A stretch of 64,000 bases of DNA from Adineta vaga (Eukaryota > Animalia > Rotifera), in NCBI GenBank assembly GCA_021613535.1, contig CP075495.1:1178001-1242000 (forward strand). The letters run 5' to 3'. Positions 1 to 12,700 of the stretch are shown here, piece after piece (position 1 is the stretch's first letter; each line of letters opens with the position of its first letter). A program made the position numbers and the translations under genes. A model generated the notes under the pieces. It ran no database searches, was not told where the DNA came from, and was given only the letters and a program-made list of their open reading frames with translations.

Positions 1-2
1 CA

Positions 3-152
3 TCACATATGGAATTATTATCTTCAAATGATTGGAAAGGTTTACCTGAATTGACAAATGCAGAAGGACGACCATGTCCATATTCATGTAATGCTCAAGC
101 ATGGTCTGCATCGACACTTATCGAAGCTTTCTTTGATTTAACACGATCGTAG
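3..152 (+). CDS. AGL: Glycogen debranching enzyme, 3' end (partial)
   Basis: Frame 3 reads SHMELLSSNDWKGLPELTNAEGRPCPYSCNAQAWSASTLIEAFFDLTRS*, matching the WKGLPELTN...CxxSCxxQAWS C-terminus of eukaryotic AGL. Not in the ORF track. Confidence 0.9.
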   Translation, partial: SHMELLSSNDWKGLPELTNAEGRPCPYSCNAQAWSASTLIEAFFDLTRS

Positions 153-439
153 ATATTTACCTTTATAGTATTTAATCTCATCAAAATAGAAGAAAACAAA
201 AAACCCGGCACTACCTTTATTTTCTTAGTCATTTAGGAACTTTAACGTTTTTTTTTCTCTCAAATTATTTAACGAAGATTAGTTTAGTCAACGACGAATT
301 CTCTTGTTAGATTCAATTGTTTAACAATTAGATCATAACAACTCATAGTTTTTATTATTTTATTGTATTTTATTAGACAAGCTTTCAATAAAAAACAGAT
401 TCAGTTTATTTTAATTGAAATATCACATTTCAAATAGTT

Positions 440-1444
440 TCAATATTCATATAAATCCCATTTATCTTGCCATTCTAATGTAATATTTGTATCTGAATGA
501 AATGTAAATGGTAACCATATATAACTTGCATTCAATAGATTTGGATAATTCCAACGATCTCCCATATAAATATAAACAGATGTTCCTGGATATTTTCTCG
601 AAGGATATGTTAGAACAAATGTTGATTGAGAATTAAATGTTGTTTGTGACTGTGTTGGATTACCTAAATATAACCATTCAGCATGTTGTAAATTATCTTG
701 ATTACTAATAAATAATTCTGCAGGATTCGGATTCCATCCTGTTAAATGACTTGTCATCATATAATAATGATTATTACGATAGAATATTGCAAGACCTTCT
801 CTTGGTTGATTAATTCGACTTGTAATACCAGTTGTATTTAAATAATCATCTGTTAATTTACTTATTCCAACATATTCATTATTACATGAACGAACAAAAT
901 AAACACCTTGAACTATTCCATTACGTTTATCTTCATAAAGATTCATATCTAATGATGGAATACCATCAGGTCGAAATGCATCAATAAATGTAAATGTTTC
1001 ATTTGGTTTTGATGAAGTTGCAACACCTACATATCGATATTGATAATCACTACTATCAAGATGAAACCACATAACATATAATCTAGTTAAAGGATTCCAA
1101 ACTACTTTTGGTCGTTCAATAACATATGGACCGGAAAGATTTCTAATGAATACTTCTTTTTGTCCGAGTACTTCACCGATATTAATCCAATTAATCAGAT
1201 CTTTTGAATGATAACAATTAACACCATGATCCGATAGTGTCGAGGTTTTAAGAGATTCTCCATACCACCAATATGAATTATCATTCGGATCAATAAGAAT
1301 TCCAGCTGCATGACTTTGAATAGATTTACCATCAGTATCATTCCAAACAGCACCTGGATAAATATATCCTGAATCAAATAATGAACTATAACAATCACTG
1401 ATGATCATCATCATCAGTATTATAAGAAAGAAGATCATCTGCAT
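440..1444 (-). CDS. Secreted glycoside hydrolase family 43 (GH43_24-like, beta-1,3-galactanase-like), intronless
   Basis: Motifs WNDTDGKSIQSH, YWWYGE, YHSKDLINW, IERPKV, LTGWNPNP, TTFNSQSTFV, YMGDRW, YIWLP. Hydrophobic signal peptide from the ATG at 1444 (MQMIFFLIILMMMIISDCYS). Confidence 0.85.
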   Translation of the reverse strand: MQMIFFLIILMMMIISDCYSSLFDSGYIYPGAVWNDTDGKSIQSHAAGILIDPNDNSYWWYGESLKTSTLSDHGVNCYHSKDLINWINIGEVLGQKEVFIRNLSGPYVIERPKVVWNPLTRLYVMWFHLDSSDYQYRYVGVATSSKPNETFTFIDAFRPDGIPSLDMNLYEDKRNGIVQGVYFVRSCNNEYVGISKLTDDYLNTTGITSRINQPREGLAIFYRNNHYYMMTSHLTGWNPNPAELFISNQDNLQHAEWLYLGNPTQSQTTFNSQSTFVLTYPSRKYPGTSVYIYMGDRWNYPNLLNASYIWLPFTFHSDTNITLEWQDKWDLYEY

Positions 1445-1832
1445 TTCTACTAATTCACTTTCAAATGTCTGTCTTATTCGAATGGTGAGAGAAAAAAAAG
1501 CATTTGTTTGAAGAGAACAGATGGCCAACAAGGGAACGTTCCCAGATGTTTTCCTTCGATTTTCAGAATTCCATCATATTTTTTCTGTATTCGGACAAAA
1601 CTCGTAAGTACTACCACGAATGAATAAAAGAAATGATCGTATCGTAACTGACATGATTTGAAAAAAGAAATAAATTAATATCAGTACTTGTTTTGTCTTT
1701 TTGGGAAAAAAAAACGTGTGACGCTCTAAACGTCACTTGAAACACATATGAATTTATTGGATAAAGAAAATGTCTATTGTACAAAACCCATCACCATATT
1801 AAAACAAAGATATGAAAAAACAAAAGAAAATG

Positions 1833-4800
1833 TTATAGAACAGGAAAAATTGCATCTCGAATTTTATATTTCGTTGTAATTATTGATGTATGATTACTTG
1901 CATATAATCTTTGATAAATAACTAATGCACTTTGATAATTAATTAATGCTTGAGTATAATCTGATAATTTAAAATAAATATCACCCACAATAGAATAAAT
2001 AATTGCTGTTGATAGATCTCCTGCTGCTTGTTTATCTAATTGTGATTTAATTAAAAGATGAAAATATTGTAATGCTTCTTTGGATTCTCGTTTTTGTAAA
2101 TAAATATTTGCAATAATAATATAAATCGAATCTTTATTAAATACATTTGATTGTGTTTTTTTTTCTAAAAATTTTTTAAAATATATTAACGTTTGATCAA
2201 GATGATATTTTTCATATAGAATATCAATTGGATTTGATGGTTTAGTTTGTTCATCGTAAAGTATTAAATAATTTGTTATTTGATTTTGATAATGTTTTTT
2301 TAGAAAGATTTTTCCAATCATAATATATGTATTGATAACTGATGTATCTTCTAATGGTCTTCGTTGTGTAATACAATCAATTAAACGATAAAAAAATGAT
2401 AAAGATTCATCATATTCATTTTGTTTATAGGAAATATTTCCTAAGAATTTATAAATTTTTATTAAAGATGGATCATTAAAATATTTCTTCTTCAATTCAG
2501 AATTTAATAATGAAGTAAAATAATTCAATGCTTTATCATATTTTTGTCTTTCTAATGAAATATTTCCAAGAATAAAATATGTTCGATTGATCAATATATC
2601 ATTAGGTGTATGATCTTTTATTAATTGATCAAGATATCTTTCAAAATAGAATAATGATTCATCTAAATGACGTCGTTCAAAATGAATATTATCAATATCT
2701 TTATAGATTTCCATTGTTGATTTTGTTTTCGATGGACGAATACGAGATTTATCAAATGAAAGTAATGTTTCATCGAAATGACGTTTTCGTAAATAGATTT
2801 TACCAATTTTTTTATAAATATCAAATAGAACAGATTGATTAAATGGTTGTCGTCGTAAATGACAACTAAGTAAACGATTATAATAAAGTAATGCTTGATT
2901 TAATGTACGTTTTTTATAATAAAGTTTTGCAATAATTTTATAAAGAATTGTTAAAGAAATATCATCTGATAATTTCTTAACTAATTCATTTTCTAAAGAT
3001 TTATGATAATATTGTAAAGCATGATCGAAATCTTTTTTTTCAAAATAAATATCTGCAATTAATTTAAATGTATCACTTAAAATTGGATTACCAAATGTAA
3101 ATCGATCGATTTCATTGAGAAGTACTTGATGAATATGACTTATCGATCGATCATAATCTTTTTTTTTCAAATAAATATTTCCAATAAGACGATAAGATTC
3201 AGCAATTTTAGGATGATTCCATGTAAATATTTTCAATTGATTTTCTACTGTTTTATGATAATAATATAAAGCTTTATCTAATTCACCTTTTTTTACAAAT
3301 ATATCACCAAATTTGAGATAAGTTTTCGTAAAATCTGAATGATTATTTGGAAGTGAATCGATTTGAATACGATAAGCTTTATCAATTAATTCTATAGCTT
3401 TATCTTGATTTCCAAGTTCAGAATACATTAATCCAATTGCTATATAAGTATAACTGAGATCTGGATGATCAGGACCAAAGATTTTTAATTGTGATTCTAA
3501 TGCTTTATCATACATATCTAATGCTTTACCTTGTTGATTCATTTGTGCATAAACTTTTGCCAAAGATATAAATGTATCAGCAATAAAAGCATGTGCATTC
3601 ATTGGTTGACTACTAAGAGCTGTTTGTAAACATTCTAAAGCTAAATAATAATCTTCTAATTTGAAATAAACATGTGCTAAACCTGAATATGTCATAGCAC
3701 AATCATTACTTGTTGTTTTTAATGCTTTATTATAGAAATGTAAAGCTAAAATATATTCTTTTTGTTTGGTATAAACTTTCCCTAAATCATTCAATGATTT
3801 GGAAATTAATGGATGATTATTTTCTTCGGAATATTCAACTAAACAATCTAAAGTTTTATTTAAATTGTTTATGGCTGATTTATATTCTGCTTTAACATAA
3901 TTAATTTGAAAAAGACCATAATGACAATAGGCAAGTTCAATTGGATCTTTAAATGATTTATTTTCAAGTAATTTTTCATAATGTTCTTGTGCTTGTTGAT
4001 ATTTTTGCATTTGAATAAGATAAGTTCCAAAAGAGATTTGTTTACTCTTGCCATTTAATTCATTATTTAATGTTGATAAGAAATCTTTCATATCAGAATC
4101 ATTATCACCACATAAAGTTAATTTTCCTCTCCAAATTTTCAATTCTTCATCAAACGAAATATCATCAAGACGAAAAATACATCCGAACATAAAGAGAACT
4201 TCTTCATCATCAGAAAATCCACGTAAATGTTTTATATCAGCTAATGGTCGACTTGGACTTTGAATATTGGCATAGATTTCAAATAAAATTGCTGTTAATT
4301 GTTCTGTTGGTGGAGATTGTGTAACAGTAAAATGAAGAGCTTTCTCACGATTAGCACTTGTTGATAGAAATGAATTCATTGATATTAATTGTCCTTGATT
4401 TGATTTCAAACGATTGATTTCATCTTTATGAATAAGTTGTCCACGATAAACTTGAATAATTGATGTTTTCTTTGTTTTTACAAATGTTTTATATTCTTCT
4501 TTTAATTGTCTATCAATATCACGAATTAATGAAGCAAATGCAATAACATCATCAAGATTTTGTAATCTCAATGCTTTATTTAAAAATTTATAAATTGATG
4601 CATCTCTTGTATACCAATAAATAGCTTTATCAGATGTATATTCTTTATCGAATTCCTTGAGAATTCGTTGATCAAATTGATTATCTGGTTTGAAATATTG
4701 ATATAATGTTGGTTTACCTTTGGAAATTGGACTTTTTTCATCCAAAAGATATTCAATAAGAATTTGATAAAGTATAAATTGTCCATTTAATGATTTATGT

Positions 4801-4880
4801 AAACTTTGATTATCTTTCGATGAATAAACAATAGTACAAGTTGTATCATAAAAATCATCAGTACTTTTATTATCAGACAT
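1833..4880 (-). CDS. ADP-ribosyltransferase (R-S-E, toxin-like)-TPR protein, copy 1
   Basis: AIYWYT...LNKALR, VYRGQ, NSFLSTS, SDDEEVLF, followed by ~42-aa TPRs (GPDHPDLSYTY, WNHPKIA). ATG at 4880 is preferred over the non-ATG start at 4916. Confidence 0.9.
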   Translation of the reverse strand: MSDNKSTDDFYDTTCTIVYSSKDNQSLHKSLNGQFILYQILIEYLLDEKSPISKGKPTLYQYFKPDNQFDQRILKEFDKEYTSDKAIYWYTRDASIYKFLNKALRLQNLDDVIAFASLIRDIDRQLKEEYKTFVKTKKTSIIQVYRGQLIHKDEINRLKSNQGQLISMNSFLSTSANREKALHFTVTQSPPTEQLTAILFEIYANIQSPSRPLADIKHLRGFSDDEEVLFMFGCIFRLDDISFDEELKIWRGKLTLCGDNDSDMKDFLSTLNNELNGKSKQISFGTYLIQMQKYQQAQEHYEKLLENKSFKDPIELAYCHYGLFQINYVKAEYKSAINNLNKTLDCLVEYSEENNHPLISKSLNDLGKVYTKQKEYILALHFYNKALKTTSNDCAMTYSGLAHVYFKLEDYYLALECLQTALSSQPMNAHAFIADTFISLAKVYAQMNQQGKALDMYDKALESQLKIFGPDHPDLSYTYIAIGLMYSELGNQDKAIELIDKAYRIQIDSLPNNHSDFTKTYLKFGDIFVKKGELDKALYYYHKTVENQLKIFTWNHPKIAESYRLIGNIYLKKKDYDRSISHIHQVLLNEIDRFTFGNPILSDTFKLIADIYFEKKDFDHALQYYHKSLENELVKKLSDDISLTILYKIIAKLYYKKRTLNQALLYYNRLLSCHLRRQPFNQSVLFDIYKKIGKIYLRKRHFDETLLSFDKSRIRPSKTKSTMEIYKDIDNIHFERRHLDESLFYFERYLDQLIKDHTPNDILINRTYFILGNISLERQKYDKALNYFTSLLNSELKKKYFNDPSLIKIYKFLGNISYKQNEYDESLSFFYRLIDCITQRRPLEDTSVINTYIMIGKIFLKKHYQNQITNYLILYDEQTKPSNPIDILYEKYHLDQTLIYFKKFLEKKTQSNVFNKDSIYIIIANIYLQKRESKEALQYFHLLIKSQLDKQAAGDLSTAIIYSIVGDIYFKLSDYTQALINYQSALVIYQRLYASNHTSIITTKYKIRDAIFPVL

Positions 4881-6094
4881 AATTTCTCTACTAGAAAAAT
4901 GAGAAGAGTCAATCAATAGAAGATCTTTTTTTTAATAAGAACATCTGTCACTTGTAACAATAAAGAAATCGCCTGAAGCGATTGATTATTTTCAACTTTT
5001 ATTGACAGATAGGAGTCGTTTTTATCTTACTTACTTGATATCGATCACGTTAATTAATATATTGAAAATAACATATGAACAATTGTTGAAATAAAACTCG
5101 TAGAAAAATCTAAAACAACAAAATATTTAGTTATTTATTCTACGAATAATAAGAATGACTCTATGTCATTCTTTGATGTTTTTTATGTTGAACAATGTTA
5201 TCAACTGTTTGTTTTGTTGAATGAACATGTTAATGAATCATTTACTCGTGCATGAATGATATCACACAATACAGAACGACAAAAAACTATTCATTAGATC
5301 AATCATTATCATTGATTGTCTATGTATATATCTACGAAAAAGATATTCTATATACGAATGATTCATCCTATAGTAAGAAGATTATCCGTACAGAGAAAAA
5401 AATTGTATTATAGTTAAGATTGATTTATAGGTGAATAAGAAACACATTTGTTTTCTCTCTATTTATGATTAGATAGGTGTTAATGATTACTAGTGAAGAT
5501 TATCTCATTGAGATAAGATCTAGAGTTTTTTTTTATTGTTTAATAATACGACGAAAAAGTGTGTGAGAATTTGCATGTTGATGTCTATTGAGACACGTGT
5601 GTATATGATTAGATTTATTTTCAAATGAACTGGACAAATAGTTCAGTTGGTAATAATTTATTGTTTTAAATTGAACTTTTAATTGAATTCATATGTCCAT
5701 AACGAATTTATTGTCTGTCTCTTGTGGGTTTTTTTTCTCTCTTTCTGTCTACACTAATCACGCGTTTTCTATGAAAATGAACAAATGCATATTGACCCTC
5801 TAGACAAAATGATTTGCACTTCAAACATTGTCGTTTATTTTTTATCAAAATATCTATAAGAATATTAGTAAAAGGTCGTCTTTCTCGCCATCATATGTTC
5901 AATAGTTCACGTCATCCAATCGAAATATCTATTTTCTTTTATCTATATGCGATTATAATTCAAAATTCCTCACATAAGTAACTCTGCTTATAAACTATAT
6001 TTATGTGTAACAAAGTTTAAATCTTTCCGATTAAATCTATTTTTATTAATAAACTAGTTGATCAACTACAAAAAATTAGGGAAAAAAAACCCTG

Positions 6095-9000
6095 TTAAAT
6101 TTGTGGTACAAGAAGTTGTCGAATAAGATATTTTAATTTATCAATTATGGTTTGATCGTTTGGATTAATTCGTTGATAAATTGACAATGCATATCGATAA
6201 TTTTCTAAAGCTGAATACACATTACCATATTTCTTTTCAATATTTCCAATAACAGCATAAGTATTGGCTAAGAAAAGACTTCCACGTGAAGATTTTTTCA
6301 ATTGAGAATTAAGTAAATATTGAAAATATTGTAATGATTGAGAAATATCTTGTTTTTCGAAAAACATATTACCAAGAATTGCATAGATATCTTCCAAAGA
6401 AAATGGTTTAATCGACATATTTTTTGATTTTCTTTCTAAAATTTTATAATAATACATTAAACTTTGTTCTAAATGATGTTTTTCAAATTGATAATTTGTT
6501 AGATTTGGAAGAATTTTATTTTTTGACATTACATTGGTTTGATTTTGATTTTGCAAAGATTTATTTAATATAGAAAATGTTTGATTGAAATCATGTTTAG
6601 CTAAATAAACTTTACCAATGAAATGATAAGCTTCAATAACAGATGGATCATCTTGAGTACGTTTTTTTAATAATCGACAATCAAGTAAACGATTGAAAAA
6701 GATTAATGCTTGATCAAGAAGATTTTTATTTAAACAAATTGTTCCAATTGCTCGATAAATTTTACTTAAATTCGCATGTTCAAGATATTTTCGTGTAAAT
6801 TTTATTGCTAATAAATGTTCAAAACAAGTTAATGCTTGATTTAAATCACCTTTTTCATAGAAAATATTTCCAAGAATTCGATATGTATTACCAATAGATC
6901 GATGAGTTTTAGAAGAAAATTTCAAGTGATCATTGAGTAATTTTTGAAAATAAGTCAATGCCTGATCTAAATGACGTTTTTCAAAATGAATATTACCAAT
7001 ATTATTTAAATCCATCGCAAACTTCGTTTTTTCTTTCGCATAATATGCCAATAGTTCATCAATACGATGCTTTTTTAAATATACTTTACCAATCATCATA
7101 TAAATATTACGAATAATTCCTTCATCAAACGGTTTCTTTTGTAAATGACAATCAAGTAATCGATTATAATAAAGTAATGCTTCACTTAAAAGACGCTTTT
7201 TAAAATATATATTACCAACTATTTCATATGTTTCAGCTAATGAAATATGTTCATAAAGTTTAGTTTGTAATTCATTTTGTAGATATTGAAGATAATAATT
7301 TAAACATTGATCATTATCATTTTTCTCGAGATAAACATCACCGAGTGTTTTATAAGCTTGACTAAGTGATGGATCACCGAGTTTCTTCCTTGTTAATTCA
7401 CTATCAAGAACTTTATGAAAATAAACTAATGCTTGTTTGTAATCTTTCTTTTTTCGATGAGCATTTCCAATTGTGATATAAGTTACAACAATAGATGGAT
7501 GATTCCATGAAAGAGTTTTCGATTGATTATCTAATGCTTTATGATAATAAGATAAAGCTTTGTCTATATAATTTAATTTCATATAAATATCACCATAATA
7601 TCGATAAGTATCTGCAAAATCTGAATGAGTATTTGGAAGAGAATCCAATTGTATTTTATAAGCTTTATCCATTAATTCTAAAGCTTGATTTTGATCATCC
7701 ATTTCAGAATACATCATTGCCATAGCTGAATAAGTATAACTCACATCAGGATGTTCTGCACCGAAAGTTTTTACTTGTACTTCAATTGCTTTATTGAACA
7801 TTTCCGATGCTTTATCTTTTTCATTCATTTTAACATAAACATTTCCTAAATCGATATAATTTTGTGTAATTGAAGCATATGCTGTTGATGGTTGATTATC
7901 GAAAGCTTGTTGTAAATATTTAAGAGAAAGATTATAATTTTCTAATTGAAAATGAATTTGTGCTAAACCAGAATATGTTGTCGATGGAATATTATTAACT
8001 GTTTTTAATGCTTTTTCGTACATGTTAAATGCTAATTGATATTGACTTTGTTTTTTATATATCGATCCTAAAGCGTTATAACATTTAGAAATTAAACTAT
8101 GATCATATTTTGGACAGTTTTTAAATAAATAATCTAATGCTTGTTCGAGATTTTGTATAGCTGATGTACAATCCATTTTTTTCTCATTAACTTGAGAAAG
8201 ACCATGATAACATTGTGCAAGTTCAATTGGATCTGTAATTAATTGATTTTTGAGAATTTTTTCATAATGTTCTTCAGCATCTTTATATTTTTGCATTTGA
8301 AATAAATAAACACCCAATGAAATCAGTCGATTTTCTCCTTCTAATTCTTCGTCCAATGTTGATAAGAAATCTTTCATATCTAAATCAGCATCACCACATA
8401 ATGTTAATCGTAATTTCCAAAGTTGACATTCTTCATCATACCAAACATCATCAAGACGAAATATACATCCAAACATAAAAAGAATTTCTTCTTCTTCAGA
8501 AAATGCACTCAAATGCTTTATATCAGCTAATGGTCGACTTTCACTCTTGATATTCACGTGTATTTCCAATAGAATAGACGTTAATTGATCCGTTGGTGGC
8601 AATCGACTCGTAGCAAATTCGATAGCTTTTGTTTTATTTGAACTTGTAGATAAAAATGAATTCATAGAAAATAATTCACCTTTAGCTGTTTTTAAACGAG
8701 TTAATTCATCTTTACTTATAAATTGTCCACGATAAACAGTAAGTATTGAAGATTTTTGTCGTTTAGAAAATAATTTATGTTCTTGTTTTAATTGTTGATG
8801 AAGATCACGAACTAATTTAGCAAATGCAGTAACATCATCAATATTTTGTGTTCGTAATGCTTTATTCAAAATTCTATAAACACATGTTTCTCTTGTATAC
8901 CAATGAATTGCTTTTTCAGATTCGTATTCATTATCAAATTCTTTCATAACTTTTCTATCACTTGTATTTTCCGGTTTAAAATAACCTAAAATTCCCGATT

Positions 9001-9187
9001 TCATTTCTGATAATTCACTTTTTTCATCCAATAAACGTTCAACAAGTAATTGATACAGAATAAATTGTCCATTCAATGATTTATGCATACTTTGATTATC
9101 TTTCGATGAATATACATTGGTACCCATAGTATCTTCACGTTCACCTCGTGCCAATAAATCATTTTTTACTTGATCTTGTAATATCAT
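6095..9187 (-). CDS. ADP-ribosyltransferase-TPR protein, copy 2
   Basis: VYRGQ, NSFLSTS, SEEEEILF, then a TPR array. Intact 1030-aa ORF paralogous to copies 1 and 3. Confidence 0.9.
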   Translation of the reverse strand: MILQDQVKNDLLARGEREDTMGTNVYSSKDNQSMHKSLNGQFILYQLLVERLLDEKSELSEMKSGILGYFKPENTSDRKVMKEFDNEYESEKAIHWYTRETCVYRILNKALRTQNIDDVTAFAKLVRDLHQQLKQEHKLFSKRQKSSILTVYRGQFISKDELTRLKTAKGELFSMNSFLSTSSNKTKAIEFATSRLPPTDQLTSILLEIHVNIKSESRPLADIKHLSAFSEEEEILFMFGCIFRLDDVWYDEECQLWKLRLTLCGDADLDMKDFLSTLDEELEGENRLISLGVYLFQMQKYKDAEEHYEKILKNQLITDPIELAQCYHGLSQVNEKKMDCTSAIQNLEQALDYLFKNCPKYDHSLISKCYNALGSIYKKQSQYQLAFNMYEKALKTVNNIPSTTYSGLAQIHFQLENYNLSLKYLQQAFDNQPSTAYASITQNYIDLGNVYVKMNEKDKASEMFNKAIEVQVKTFGAEHPDVSYTYSAMAMMYSEMDDQNQALELMDKAYKIQLDSLPNTHSDFADTYRYYGDIYMKLNYIDKALSYYHKALDNQSKTLSWNHPSIVVTYITIGNAHRKKKDYKQALVYFHKVLDSELTRKKLGDPSLSQAYKTLGDVYLEKNDNDQCLNYYLQYLQNELQTKLYEHISLAETYEIVGNIYFKKRLLSEALLYYNRLLDCHLQKKPFDEGIIRNIYMMIGKVYLKKHRIDELLAYYAKEKTKFAMDLNNIGNIHFEKRHLDQALTYFQKLLNDHLKFSSKTHRSIGNTYRILGNIFYEKGDLNQALTCFEHLLAIKFTRKYLEHANLSKIYRAIGTICLNKNLLDQALIFFNRLLDCRLLKKRTQDDPSVIEAYHFIGKVYLAKHDFNQTFSILNKSLQNQNQTNVMSKNKILPNLTNYQFEKHHLEQSLMYYYKILERKSKNMSIKPFSLEDIYAILGNMFFEKQDISQSLQYFQYLLNSQLKKSSRGSLFLANTYAVIGNIEKKYGNVYSALENYRYALSIYQRINPNDQTIIDKLKYLIRQLLVPQI

Positions 9188-9710
9188 AGTAGAAATAATT
9201 TCCTAAAATGTGTATCTTCTTTACCTGTACAAATACTACTCATTTATAAGTGATTTATTGTATATACATATGTATATATATACAACACGTCCATATGCAA
9301 CCTTCGTTTCGAACATTTTTATTTCTCATCTAATGATCAAATTATAGAATACATTTTGAGAAAAAATATTTTGTTTTTCATTTAAATGAATACATACACG
9401 TCATATAAATCAACAGTATCCTATACCGAACATACAAAAATATAAGCTAATTAAAAAATTTTCTTCTCTCTCCGTTTATGCTAATAGATACACATGCGAT
9501 CCAATTATATTCATTGGATACATCGCTTGAGGTGAACGAAAGGAAGATCGATAAAAAAAAGTGTCATTAGATGTAAACATGATTAAAGCATAAAGTAGTA
9601 ATTGTCCTTCTAGTGAGATAAAAACAAAATCGAGATTCAGATATAAGAAGAGAAGAGAGAATCATTATATGACAACTGACATTTATTTTTATGGACAGAA
9701 AAAAAAAGAA

Positions 9711-12700
9711 TTAAAACGGTGTGATAATCTCACGAATATGGAATTTCATATTATTGATTAGACGTAAATTTTTCGGATTCATTTGTTGATATAAAGCTAA
9801 TGATTGTCGATAATTTTGTAGAGCTTTCGGTAGATTTCGTTGTTTATGATAAATTTTTCCAATAACTTCATATGTTTGACCTAATAGTAAATAATCATAT
9901 GGATTCTTTCTATATTGATAATGAAGCAATTGATGATAATATACTAAAGCTTGATTTGTATCTTGCTTTTCTAAAAATAAATTACCAATAATCATATAAA
10001 TTTGTTCTAACGTAAAGTCTTTGAAAGATAGATCTTTTTTCTCAATATGTGTTTTCAATAATGTATAAAAATACAGAATTGTTCGTTCTAAATGACGTTT
10101 TTCTGCATGAATAATTTTCAGATTGACTTTAGAATTGTGTGTTAAATTTCTATTTAAATAATTTGATGTTAAATCAAATGGATTTTTTCGTAGATATATT
10201 TTTCCAATTGTTTTATAAACATTGGTTATGAAAGGATGACCAAATGATTTTAATAATAATTGACAATCAACTAATTGATTAAAATAAATTAATGCTTTGT
10301 TATAATCTTGTTTTTGTAAATAAATTGATCCAATGATTTCGTATAATTCCGATAAAGATGGATCTTCAGGCATTTTTCTATTTAATTTTGTATCTAATAA
10401 TTTTAGAAGATACTCTAATGCTTTATCCGTATTTCGTTTTTCTAAATAAATGCTTCCTAAAATTTGATAAGTTTCAGTCAATGATGAATCAGTTGCTGAA
10501 CGAGTTTGCATTTGTTCTTTAAGATATTTTTCAAAATAATTTAATACTTGATCTAAATGTCGCTTTTCAAAATGAATATTATTAATATCATCATATTTAT
10601 TATTTGATGATTTATTGTTTAATTTATCATAGTATAAGAGAGTATCAGTAATACGTGATTTTTTTAAATATACTTTACCAATCATCATATAAATATTACG
10701 AATAATCGTTTCATCAAACGGTTTCTTTTGTAAATGACAATCAAGTAATCGATTATAATAAAGCAATGCTTCACTTAAAAGACGCTTTTTAAAATATATA
10801 TTACCAACTATTTGATATGTTTCAGCTAATGAAATATGTTCATAAAGTTTAGTTTGTAATTCATTTTGTAAATATTGAAGATAATAATTTAAACATTGAT
10901 CATTATCATTTCTCTCGAGATAAACATCACCAAGTGTTTTATAAGCTTGACTAAGTGATGGATCACCGAGTTTCTTTCGTGTTAATTCACTATCAAGAAC
11001 TTTATGAAAATAAACTAATGCTTGTTTGTAATCTTTCTTTTTTCGATGAGCATTTCCAATTGTGATATAAGTTATTGCAATAGATGGATGATTCCATTGA
11101 AGTGTTTTGGATTGATTTTCAAGTGATTTATAATAGTACGCTAAAGCTTTATCTAAATCACCTATTTTCAGATAGATATCACCAAAATGTCGATAAGTAT
11201 CTGCAAAATCTGAATGCGTATTTGGAAGAGAACTTAATTGTAAATGATGAGCTTTATTCATTAATTCCAAAGCTTTATCTTGATCATCCATTTCAGAATA
11301 CATCATTGCCATAGCAGAATAAGTATAACTAACATCAGGATGGTCAGCACCTAAAAGTTTGATTTGAGTTGCAATTGCTTTATCAAACATTTCGGATGCT
11401 CGATCTTTTCGATTGATTTTTGCAAAGATTTTTCCGATTTCAATGTATGTATTTGCAATCAAGGCATATGCTGTTGGTGGCTGATTTTCTAGAGCTTGCC
11501 GTAAATATTGCAAGGCAAGATAGTAATTTTCTAGTTGAAAATGAATTTGTGCTAATCCGGAATAAGTTGTTGATGGAATATTATTAACAGTTTCTAATGC
11601 TTTTTCATAGTATTGAAAAGCTAAGATATAATTATTGTCCATGGCATAAACTTTGGCTAAATCATTGTATGATTGAGAAATAAGTGGATGATCTTCTTCG
11701 TCGTTATCACAATTTTCTAATAGATAATCAAGTGTCTTATTTAAATGTTCTATAGCTAATTGATATTCTCCTTTTCTTTCATTAACTTGTGCAAGACCAT
11801 GATAACAATAAGCAAGTTCAATTGGATTCTCTGTTAATTTATTTTTTAATATCTTTTGATAAAAGTCTTCTGCTTGATCATATTTCATCATTTGAATAAA
11901 ATAAGTACCAAGTGCAATTAATTGATTTTGTCCTTCTAATTGATTTGCTAAATCTGATGTAAAATCTTTAACATCTGAATCATTTTGTGAACATAATGTT
12001 AAATTTGCAATCCAAAGTTTCAAATTTTTATCATAAGAGATTTGATCAAGATGGAAAATTGATCCAAACATAAACAAGATTTCTTCTTCATCAGAAAATG
12101 CACTTAAATGTCGAATATCTGCATATGATTTTGTTGGTGCATATAAATCAACAACAATTTCTAACAGTATTGATGTTAATTCATCATTAGGTGCTGGTCG
12201 ACTCGTAGCAAATTCAATAGCTTTTCCTCTATTTGTACTGGTAGATAAAAATGAATTCATTGAAATTAATTGCCCTTGAGTCGTTTTCAAACGATTCAGT
12301 TCATCTTTACTTATCAATTGTCCACGATAAACTTGAATTGTTGAAGCATCTTGTTCTTTCACAAATTGTTTATGTTCTTCACTCAATTGTACATCTAAAT
12401 CTTTGATAAAACTTCCAAATGGAATTATATCATCAATATTTTGTGTTCGTAAAGCTTTGTTAAGAATTTTATAAATACACGATTCTCGTGTATACCAATA
12501 GATAGCTTCTGATGAACAATAATTGGCATCGAATTCTTTCATTGTTTGTCGATCATTTTTATCATCAGGTTCAAAATAATTCGTCAATAAAGATTCTTCG
12601 AAAAAATCCGTATTTTTTCCTTCTAAGATTCTTTGAAGAAGAACTTGATAAAGAATAAATTCTCCATTCAATGAATTATGCATGCTTTGACTATCTTTCG

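Noticed and set aside
7495-11314. Conserved antisense ORFs 7495-7725 and 11084-11314
   Set aside because: They mirror the paralogous sense-strand TPR sequence; no independent evidence.
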